A DNA stretch of 64,000 bases, from contig CALVZA010000001.1 in the NCBI GenBank assembly GCA_944372415.1, positions 512 through 64,511 of the forward strand, written 5' to 3'. Every line of letters starts with the position of its first letter. Positions within the stretch are counted from its first letter, which is position 1. Positions 38,933-46,466 of the stretch are shown here, piece by piece. The position numbers and the translations under genes were made by a program. The notes below the pieces were generated by a model, which saw only the letters and a program-made list of their open reading frames with translations, did not search any database and was not told where the DNA came from. The DNA is from an uncultured Bacilli bacterium (GTDB lineage Bacteria > Bacillota_I > Bacilli_A > RF39 > UBA660).

Positions 38933-40291
38933 GTGTTAAATATTAAAAATAATTCTAATATGGTTAATAAAGGAGATACATTCGTTGCAATAAAAGGACA
39001 TACAGTAGACGGACATGATTATATTAATGATGCTATTAAAAATGGTGCTACTAAAATAATATGTGAACACGGTGATTATTCAGTAGAAACAATAAAGGTT
39101 GAAAATACAGAAGAATATTTAAAAAAATATTTAAATGAAAATTATAGTAAATGTTTTGAAAATATTAAGTTTATTGGAATAACTGGAACTAATGGTAAAA
39201 CAACTACTGCTTATTTAACAAGTCAAATATTAACAAAACTAAATATAAATAATGCATATATTGGTACAATAGGCTTTTATATTAATAGCAAATTTATTAA
39301 AGAACTTCCTAATACAACTCCAGATATATTATTATTATATAATTTAATATTAGAAGCAAAAGAAAATAATGTTAATGTAATAGTAATGGAAGTTAGTAGT
39401 CATGCATTATCTTTAGAAAGAATTACAGGAATTAAATTTGATGTATGTGCATTTACTAATTTGACAGAAGATCATTTAGATTATCATATTACAATGGAAA
39501 ATTATTTAAAAAGTAAAAAACTTATTTTAAATTATTTAAAAAAAGAAGGAATTATGATAAGCAATATAGATGATGAATACGGTAAATGCTTTAAATATAA
39601 AAATTTTAAAACATTAGGTTTTAATAAAAGTGATTATATGATATTAAATTATAGTTATAAAGATATAACAACAAATATAAGTTTTAAATACTTAGATAAA
39701 ATATATAATGTTGAAACTAACTTACTAAATAAATTTAATATATATAACTATATAACTGCATTAGCATTAGTAAATAGTTTAGGCATTGATATTGATGATA
39801 TTATAAATATTACAAAAAATATATATGCTCCAAATGGTAGAAACGAAATAATAAGTTTAAATAATAATAAAGCAATAATAGATTATGCTCATACACCTGA
39901 TGCAGTAGAAAAAATAATAACTTCTACATTAGAAAAAAAAGAAGGCAAAATAATTACTATAATAGGTTGTGGAGGAGATAGAGATCCTAAAAAAAGACCT
40001 ATAATGGGTAATATAGCAACTGAATTATCAGATTATGTAATATTTACAAATGATAATCCTCGTACAGAAGATGAAAAAAAAATTATGAAAGATATAATTT
40101 CTGGTGTAAGAAAAAACAATTATGAAATAATATATGATAGAAAAAGTGCTATAAAAAAAGGAATTGATTTGTTAAATAATAAAGATACTTTATTGATACT
40201 AGGTAAAGGACACGAAGATTATCAAATAATAGGTCATACAAAATATCATTTAAGTGATAAAGAAGAAGTTTTAAAATATAAGAATTTATAA
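38933..40291 (+). CDS. Mur ligase, MurE paralog 2 (short N-terminal domain, DNPR motif)
   Basis: GTG at 38933, 5 nt after AGGTGA (the ORF-track start at 38924 lies inside the SD). GITGTNGKTT, VMEVSSHAL, TNDNPRTEDE. The DSR motif is replaced by NSN. Confidence 0.8.
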   Translation: MLNIKNNSNMVNKGDTFVAIKGHTVDGHDYINDAIKNGATKIICEHGDYSVETIKVENTEEYLKKYLNENYSKCFENIKFIGITGTNGKTTTAYLTSQILTKLNINNAYIGTIGFYINSKFIKELPNTTPDILLLYNLILEAKENNVNVIVMEVSSHALSLERITGIKFDVCAFTNLTEDHLDYHITMENYLKSKKLILNYLKKEGIMISNIDDEYGKCFKYKNFKTLGFNKSDYMILNYSYKDITTNISFKYLDKIYNVETNLLNKFNIYNYITALALVNSLGIDIDDIINITKNIYAPNGRNEIISLNNNKAIIDYAHTPDAVEKIITSTLEKKEGKIITIIGCGGDRDPKKRPIMGNIATELSDYVIFTNDNPRTEDEKKIMKDIISGVRKNNYEIIYDRKSAIKKGIDLLNNKDTLLILGKGHEDYQIIGHTKYHLSDKEEVLKYKNL

Positions 40292-40330
40292 TATTATTTA
40301 CATTTTTTTGTAAATAATATTTTTTTTTTA
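40291..40330 (+). terminator. intrinsic terminator after MurE paralog 2
   Basis: 12-bp stem atattatttaca/tgtaaataatat plus a T10 run. Confidence 0.75.
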
Positions 40331-40390
40331 TTGATTTTTTAAAATATTTATTGTATTTTATAGCAACTTGATGTATTATTTAAATAGACA

Positions 40391-40414
40391 GTGGTACATT
40401 GTGGAAGAAAGTGG
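40391..40414 (+). promoter_or_regulatory. three 10-bp-phased GTGG direct repeats (candidate MraZ operator)
   Basis: GTGG at 40391, 40401 and 40411. The third lies in AAAGTGG context and merges with the mraZ SD. Confidence 0.5.
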
Positions 40415-40422
40415 GGGATTTT

Positions 40423-40851
40423 ATGTTAATGGGTGAGTATCATCATACAATTGATGAAAAAAACAGAATTATTATTCCTAGCAAGTTTAGAAACGAAATA
40501 GGAAGTAATTTTGTTATTACTCGCGGACTTGAAAAATGTTTATTTGTATATTCCTTGGTCGAATGGGAAAGCATAGTAAACAAATTAAGAACGTTACCAT
40601 TTACAAAAAAGGACTCACGTGATTTCACCAGATTCTTTATGTCTGGTGCTACTGAATGCACGCTTGATAAATCAGGAAGAGCGTGTATTACCTCCCCATT
40701 GGTTAATTACGCCGGTTTAACACGTGACTGTGTCATAATCGGCGCAAATGACCGACTTGAAATTTGGGACAAAAATGCTTGGGATAATTTCTTTGATACA
40801 AACGAAGAAAACTTTGCAAGCATTGCAGAAAATTTGTTTGGGGGAGAATAA
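40423..40851 (+). CDS. mraZ: transcriptional regulator MraZ
   Basis: ATG at 40423 after GTGGGGGA. MLMGEYHHTIDEKNRIIIPSKFR and a second SpoVT/AbrB-like repeat (DKSGRACITSPL). Confidence 0.95.
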   Translation: MLMGEYHHTIDEKNRIIIPSKFRNEIGSNFVITRGLEKCLFVYSLVEWESIVNKLRTLPFTKKDSRDFTRFFMSGATECTLDKSGRACITSPLVNYAGLTRDCVIIGANDRLEIWDKNAWDNFFDTNEENFASIAENLFGGE

Positions 40852-40852
40852 A

Positions 40853-41773
40853 ATGCACTATAGTGTTTTAAAACAAGAATGTATTAATAATTTAAATATT
40901 AAGGAAAATGGAATTTATGTAGATGGTACTATCGGACTATCAGGACATAGTAGCGAAATCTTAAAAAAAATACCTAAAGGACATTTATTTGGCTTTGATC
41001 AAGACGAATTTGCCATTCTTAAATCAAATGAAATATTAAGTAAAATTAATAATAATTATACTTTAATAAGAGATAATTTTGTTAATATGAAAAAAAGACT
41101 TAAAGAATATGGTATAGAAAAAGTAGACGGAATACTTTTAGATTTAGGAGTATCAAGTCCACAAATAGATAATGCAAGTAGAGGTTTTTCTTTTATGAAA
41201 GACGCAACACTTGATATGAGAATGGACCAAAGAAATGAACTAACTGCTAAAAAAATAGTAAATGAATACAGTTTAGAAGAGTTAACAAATATATTTTATA
41301 CATTTGGCGAAGAAAAATTTTCTAAACCAATTGCAAAAAATATAGTTGAATATAGAAAAAATAAAGAAATTACTAGTACTCTAGAATTAGTTAAAATTAT
41401 AGAAAGTAGTGTACCTAAAAAATATTTTATAATGAGTCACCCAGAACGACAAATATTTCAAGCATTAAGAATAGAAGTTAATGGTGAACTAGATGTACTA
41501 ATGCAAATCTTACCTGATGCAATTGACCTATTAAAAAAAGGTGGAAGACTTTGCGTAATAACATTTCATTCACTAGAAGATAGAATAGTAAAAAAAACAT
41601 TTAAAAAATTCAGTAAAATAGATGATATAGTAAAAGGATTACCTAATATACCAAAAGAATATAAACCAATAATAAAACTTATAAATAATAAACCAATATT
41701 AGCAAATGATGAAGAATTAAAAGAAAATAGTAGAAGTAAAAGTGCTAAATTAAGAATAATAGAAAGGTTATAA
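40853..41773 (+). CDS. rsmH: 16S rRNA (cytosine1402-N4)-methyltransferase RsmH
   Basis: MHYSVLKQE start at 40853; the ORF-track extension from 40748 runs inside mraZ. DGTIGLSGHS, LDLGVSSPQID, FHSLEDR. Confidence 0.95.
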   Translation: MHYSVLKQECINNLNIKENGIYVDGTIGLSGHSSEILKKIPKGHLFGFDQDEFAILKSNEILSKINNNYTLIRDNFVNMKKRLKEYGIEKVDGILLDLGVSSPQIDNASRGFSFMKDATLDMRMDQRNELTAKKIVNEYSLEELTNIFYTFGEEKFSKPIAKNIVEYRKNKEITSTLELVKIIESSVPKKYFIMSHPERQIFQALRIEVNGELDVLMQILPDAIDLLKKGGRLCVITFHSLEDRIVKKTFKKFSKIDDIVKGLPNIPKEYKPIIKLINNKPILANDEELKENSRSKSAKLRIIERL

Positions 41774-41777
41774 TTAT

Positions 41778-42071
41778 ATGAAAAAAACAAAAAGTAAAAG
41801 AATTAGATTTTTAAAAGGAGAAAAAATTTTCTTATTTCTTATTATATTGTTTGGAACAATAGCACCAATACTAACTGTTTCTAGTAAATCAATATTATCA
41901 AAAAGTAATATTGATTTAGAAAGATTAAAGAAAAAAGTGGAACGACAAGAAAATATAAATGATAGTTTAGAAATGCAAGTTAATGAACTTGCAAGTTTAT
42001 CAAGTATACAAGATATTGCAAAAGAATACGGACTATCATATAATAATGAAAATATTATTGTTATAAAATAG
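41778..42071 (+). CDS. ftsL: cell division protein FtsL-like
   Basis: 97 aa, single TM plus coiled coil, canonical position between rsmH and the PBP gene. Confidence 0.7.
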   Translation: MKKTKSKRIRFLKGEKIFLFLIILFGTIAPILTVSSKSILSKSNIDLERLKKKVERQENINDSLEMQVNELASLSSIQDIAKEYGLSYNNENIIVIK

Positions 42072-42087
42072 ATAAGGGAGGGTAATC

Positions 42088-44181
42088 ATGAACAATGCTA
42101 TAAAAATAAATAAGTTTTTTGTTATTGGCATTGTTCTTTTATTTGGTTTAATAATAGGAAAAATGATATATGTTTCCGCTAGTACAAATATAGACGGAAT
42201 AAATATTAAAGAATTTGCTCTATCTCGTACAACAGGTAATAAAATTTTATATGCTTCTCGTGGTAGTATATATGATTGTTCTGGAGAAGTATTAGCAGAA
42301 AACGTAAACTCTTATACAGTAATAGCATACTTAGATCCGTCACGTACAAAATCTGATAAAAACCCTCAGCATGTAGTTGATATAGAGAATACAGCGGACG
42401 CTATAGCGCCTATTATAGAAATGGATAGAACTAGATTAGTAAATCTTTTAAGTAGAGATAGTTACCAAGTTGAACTAGGTCCAGAAGGTAGGGGAATAAG
42501 CGAATTAACAAAAGAAAAAATAGAAAAGCTAAACTTATCAGGCATAGACTTTATAAAAGAAAGTAAAAGATATTACCCATATGGTTCATTCGCATCATAT
42601 ATTATTGGTTACGCGAAGAAAAATGATGATGGAAAAATAGTAGGAGAAATGGGCCTAGAGTCTTACTATGATGAACAGTTAAGCGGAGAAAATGGTTATT
42701 ATAAATATCAAAAAGATCCATACGGATATAAAATTGCAAATACACCAGTTCAAGAAAAAAAAGCCAAAAATGGATATAATATTGAACTTACATTAGATTC
42801 TAATATACAAATGTATTTAGAAAATGCTGTAAATGAACTAACTAGTAATTATAGCACAGACTGGGTAACAGTTACTGTAGCAGATGCCAAAACTGGAGCA
42901 ATAATAGGTAGTGCATCAAACCCAACATTTGACCCAAATAAACTAAATATAACAAATTATAATAATCCATTAGTTGCATATACTTATGAACCTGGTAGTA
43001 CAATGAAAATATTTAGTTTTGCATCAAGTATAGAAGAAGAACTTTATAATGGTAGTGAAACATATGACTCAGGGAAAATTACAGTTGATGATTATGAGAT
43101 AAAAGACTGGAACAATACAGGTTGGGGAAGAATAACATATGATGTCGGCTTTACTTATTCTTCAAATGTAGCGGCAACATTACTTGCACAAAAATTAAAA
43201 AAAGAAAAATTACTAGATTATTATACGAAATTAGGTTTTGGACAAAAAACAGGTGTGGAACTATTTGGTGAAATGAAAGGTAAAGTAAACTTTATGTACG
43301 CATCAGAACTTGCTGCTGCCTCTTATGGGCAAGGTATAACTATAACACCTATACAAATGATACAAGCACTAACAACCTTAACAAATGAGGGAATAACTAT
43401 AAAACCATATATAGTAAAAAAAATAACAGACCAAAACAATAAAACTATTTATGAAGGGAAAAAACAAGAATTAAATAAAGTGTATAGTAAATCTACTATA
43501 GAAAAAATTATAGACTTAATGGATTTAACAGTGAATGGTGACGATAACTTAGCAACTGGTAAAGTATATGAAACAGATAAAGTAAGATTAATAGGAAAAA
43601 CAGGGACAGCACAATATACTTCGGAAACAGGGGAATATACCAAAAATGGAATAAGAAATATAAGGTCATTTGCTGGAATATTTCCAAAAGATGATCCAGA
43701 ATACATAATATATGTTGCTGTAAAAGACTTAGATGGAACAAGTAGTGCAATAGGTAATATGACTAAAAGCATTGTAGAATCTATTGCAAAATATAAAAAC
43801 TTAAGTGAAAGAGAAAGCAACAAAGACGAAACTAAATATGTTACATTATCTTCTTACTTAAATAAAAAAGTAAATGATGTAACAACAAAACTTAAAGATG
43901 TAAATCTAACTCCAATAGTTATAGGAAACGGAGATACAGTTATAGAACAATATCCTTTAAAAGATAAAAATATTATAATAAACTCAAAAGTTTATTTAAA
44001 AACAAATAGTAATAAAAAATGTATGATAGATATAACTGGCTGGACTAAATCAGAAGTTATTACATTAATGAATTTTATTGGTGTAGATTATGAAATTAAT
44101 GGTTCGGGCAAAGTAGTTAATACTAATATAGAACCAAATCAAGAAATAACTGAAAAAGTTATAATAAATATGGAAGGTTAG
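42088..44181 (+). CDS. class B penicillin-binding protein (PBP2B/FtsI-like) with C-terminal PASTA domains
   Basis: TM anchor; STMK (PGSTMKIFS), SSN (YSSNVA), KTGT (GKTGTA); two PASTA-like repeats at the C-terminus. Confidence 0.92.
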   Translation: MNNAIKINKFFVIGIVLLFGLIIGKMIYVSASTNIDGINIKEFALSRTTGNKILYASRGSIYDCSGEVLAENVNSYTVIAYLDPSRTKSDKNPQHVVDIENTADAIAPIIEMDRTRLVNLLSRDSYQVELGPEGRGISELTKEKIEKLNLSGIDFIKESKRYYPYGSFASYIIGYAKKNDDGKIVGEMGLESYYDEQLSGENGYYKYQKDPYGYKIANTPVQEKKAKNGYNIELTLDSNIQMYLENAVNELTSNYSTDWVTVTVADAKTGAIIGSASNPTFDPNKLNITNYNNPLVAYTYEPGSTMKIFSFASSIEEELYNGSETYDSGKITVDDYEIKDWNNTGWGRITYDVGFTYSSNVAATLLAQKLKKEKLLDYYTKLGFGQKTGVELFGEMKGKVNFMYASELAAASYGQGITITPIQMIQALTTLTNEGITIKPYIVKKITDQNNKTIYEGKKQELNKVYSKSTIEKIIDLMDLTVNGDDNLATGKVYETDKVRLIGKTGTAQYTSETGEYTKNGIRNIRSFAGIFPKDDPEYIIYVAVKDLDGTSSAIGNMTKSIVESIAKYKNLSERESNKDETKYVTLSSYLNKKVNDVTTKLKDVNLTPIVIGNGDTVIEQYPLKDKNIIINSKVYLKTNSNKKCMIDITGWTKSEVITLMNFIGVDYEINGSGKVVNTNIEPNQEITEKVIINMEG

Positions 44182-44188
44182 GTGAAAT

Positions 44189-44740
44189 ATGAAAGATAAA
44201 AAGAAAAAAAAGAATTTAAAAAATAATATTAAAAACGCATTAAAATCATATAAAACAATTATATATATATCATTTCTAATAAATATAATATTATTAATTT
44301 TTACATATTATACTATTACTAGTAACAAAATATATACATTTAGTGGTAGTGATGACTATATAGAAGTAAAAGACGGTCTAATTGCTTTAAATACAGATAT
44401 AAATTTAATAAATGGAAATAATATAAAATATATAAACTCTAAAGATTATAACATAAAAAGTTATAAAATAGGTTATTATGTAATGGACAATACTAAATTA
44501 GTAGAAATAATATCTAATTCTATAGAATTAGAAGAAGAAGACATTAAATTAAGTGAACTTATTAATAATTTTACATCTTTTAATATAGTAGAAAAAAATA
44601 ATATAAAAAAATACTTTACACCTTATAAAAAAAGTTTAATTGATAAAGGTTTATACCTAGTATTAGAGGCAAAAACAGATACTAATGAAACAATTTTAAG
44701 TAAAGTAAAATTAAATATGACAAAAATTTCAAAATATTGA
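44189..44740 (+). CDS. hypothetical membrane-anchored protein
   Basis: Basic N-terminus (KDKKKKKN), one TM segment, 183 aa; no recognised domain. Confidence 0.4.
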   Translation: MKDKKKKKNLKNNIKNALKSYKTIIYISFLINIILLIFTYYTITSNKIYTFSGSDDYIEVKDGLIALNTDINLINGNNIKYINSKDYNIKSYKIGYYVMDNTKLVEIISNSIELEEEDIKLSELINNFTSFNIVEKNNIKKYFTPYKKSLIDKGLYLVLEAKTDTNETILSKVKLNMTKISKY

Positions 44741-44750
44741 ATTTTTTTCC

Positions 44751-44780
44751 TTGACTTCGTGTCATTACGTATAATATAAT
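44751..44780 (+). promoter_or_regulatory. sigma-A promoter of TasA-like gene 2
   Basis: TTGACT (44751-44756), 18-nt spacer, TATAAT (44775-44780). Confidence 0.65.
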
Positions 44781-44804
44781 TTTATTGTAGGAGGATAAAG
44801 AAAG

Positions 44805-45512
44805 ATGAGTACAAAACAAAAATTAACTTTAGGAATTGCAGCTATATTTATGGTTACATTAACAATAGTAGGAGTTACATATGCGTACTTTGTAACAAGA
44901 GTAACAGGAGAAACAACAGAATCAATTAATATTAGTACAGCAAATGTTGGTTCAGTTGAATACCAACCAGGAAATGGAAGTAGTGATGTAGTGACACTTG
45001 CTGATGTGTTACCAGGAACAACTTTATATAAAAGTTTTAAAGTTCATAACACTTCAGAAGATACAGCATCAAACTTTAGTATTTTTATGACATCAACACC
45101 TACTGCAAGTACACCTCAATTTGTTCATGCTAAAGATGACTCTGGTTGTTATGTAAGTACTGTAAAGCCTTCAAACGATGGAGAGGCAACAGCAACATGT
45201 TTTGATGGCACAGCTTACAATAATGTTTATGTAACATTATATGAAGTTGATGATACTGAATTTGCTACTGTTCAAAATGATGGTACAATAACAAGTCCTG
45301 ATGTTTTAACAGATGTTATTACTGCTGAAACACGTGTTGCAGCAATTGCTGGCACAGGAACAACTCAAGCTACTCAGGATTTAAAAACTGACATTAGTAT
45401 TGATGGTAATGCTACTAAGTATTATGTTTTAAAAGTTGAGTATAAAAATACTGGTTCTAACCAAAATATTGAAAATGATGCTGCTTTGTCTTTAAAAGCA
45501 AGTATTAAATAA
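44805..45512 (+). CDS. TasA/camelysin-like secreted protein with SipW-type signal peptide (235 aa)
   Basis: ...TLTIVGVTYAYF signal; then ISTANVGSVEY, LADVLPGTTLYKSFKVHNTSEDTA, FVTLYEVDD, YYVLKVEYKNTGSNQN...LSLKASIK. Perfect AGGAGGA SD. Layout parallels B. subtilis TasA. Confidence 0.6.
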   Translation: MSTKQKLTLGIAAIFMVTLTIVGVTYAYFVTRVTGETTESINISTANVGSVEYQPGNGSSDVVTLADVLPGTTLYKSFKVHNTSEDTASNFSIFMTSTPTASTPQFVHAKDDSGCYVSTVKPSNDGEATATCFDGTAYNNVYVTLYEVDDTEFATVQNDGTITSPDVLTDVITAETRVAAIAGTGTTQATQDLKTDISIDGNATKYYVLKVEYKNTGSNQNIENDAALSLKASIK

Positions 45513-45541
45513 AAATCAAATGAAAATTTGATTTTTTTTTG
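45513..45541 (+). terminator. intrinsic terminator
   Basis: aaatcaaa/tttgattt stem merging into a T run. Confidence 0.7.
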
Positions 45542-45607
45542 ATATATTATTTGATTATATATTAAAAATTATATATAATTTAATTAGAAAATATTTGGAG
45601 GTATGAT

Positions 45608-46372
45608 ATGAAAAAACAAAATCTTTATGCTATTATTGTAACAACTATAGCAATTATTTTATTAACTATAGTAAGTATTTTATTTTTTAACAGAAACAGA
45701 AATACAGTTATTACTGAAGAAGAAGCATTAAATATTGCATTTAAAAAAGCAAATGTTTCAAGTGATGATGTAAAAGTTTTGTCATCTAATAAAATAAATA
45801 ATAAATATGAAATAGAATTTAAAGATAATCAATATGAATATGATTTAGAAATTAATTTAAATACAGGAGAAATATTAGAATTTGATAAAGATGTAATAGA
45901 TAAAAATATAATAAAAAATGAAGAGTCAAATAAAAATATCACTGAAAAAGAAGCAAAAAAAATAGCCTTAGATTATTTAAAATTAAAAGAAAGTGATGCA
46001 ACTTTTACAAAAAGTAAATTAGATTTAGAAAATGGAATTATGGTTTATGAATTGGAACTGTTCACAAATGATACAGAATATGAAATTAATATAAATTCTA
46101 ATACTAAGGAAATTGTAAAAGTATCTAAAGATATTATAAAAAATAGCAATAGTGTAAATAATTCTAATTATATTGGAGTAGAAAAAGCTAAAGAAATAGT
46201 ATTAAATCATAACAATATTAATGACTCTGTTATATGGAAAAATGCAGAATTTGATTTTGAAAGAAATATAGCTATATATGAAATAGAATTTTACTATAAT
46301 AATATTGAATATAGTTATGAAATTAATGCAATTACTGGAGATATTATACAATTTGAAATTGATAAGAATTAA
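45608..46372 (+). CDS. membrane-anchored protein with three PepSY-like repeats
   Basis: TM anchor, then three repeats of the ITE(E/K)EA..IA......(D/S)........YE(I/L)E......YE..IN..TGEI pattern. Confidence 0.7.
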   Translation: MKKQNLYAIIVTTIAIILLTIVSILFFNRNRNTVITEEEALNIAFKKANVSSDDVKVLSSNKINNKYEIEFKDNQYEYDLEINLNTGEILEFDKDVIDKNIIKNEESNKNITEKEAKKIALDYLKLKESDATFTKSKLDLENGIMVYELELFTNDTEYEININSNTKEIVKVSKDIIKNSNSVNNSNYIGVEKAKEIVLNHNNINDSVIWKNAEFDFERNIAIYEIEFYYNNIEYSYEINAITGDIIQFEIDKN

Positions 46373-46373
46373 T

Positions 46374-46401
46374 TCTCTTTAAATAAAAGAGATTTTTTTT
46401 T
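46374..46401 (+). terminator. intrinsic terminator
   Basis: tctcttt/aaagaga stem plus a T9 run. Confidence 0.65.
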
Positions 46402-46466
46402 ATTTTGTTATTTACAAAAAAAATATTAAATATTATAATAAAAGACATTGGTGAGGAGGCAAGAAT

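Noticed and set aside
40748-40852. The 35-codon N-terminal extension of rsmH in the ORF track.
   Set aside because: It lies inside the mraZ coding region in another frame. The ATG at 40853, two nt after the mraZ stop, gives the canonical MHYSVL... RsmH start.
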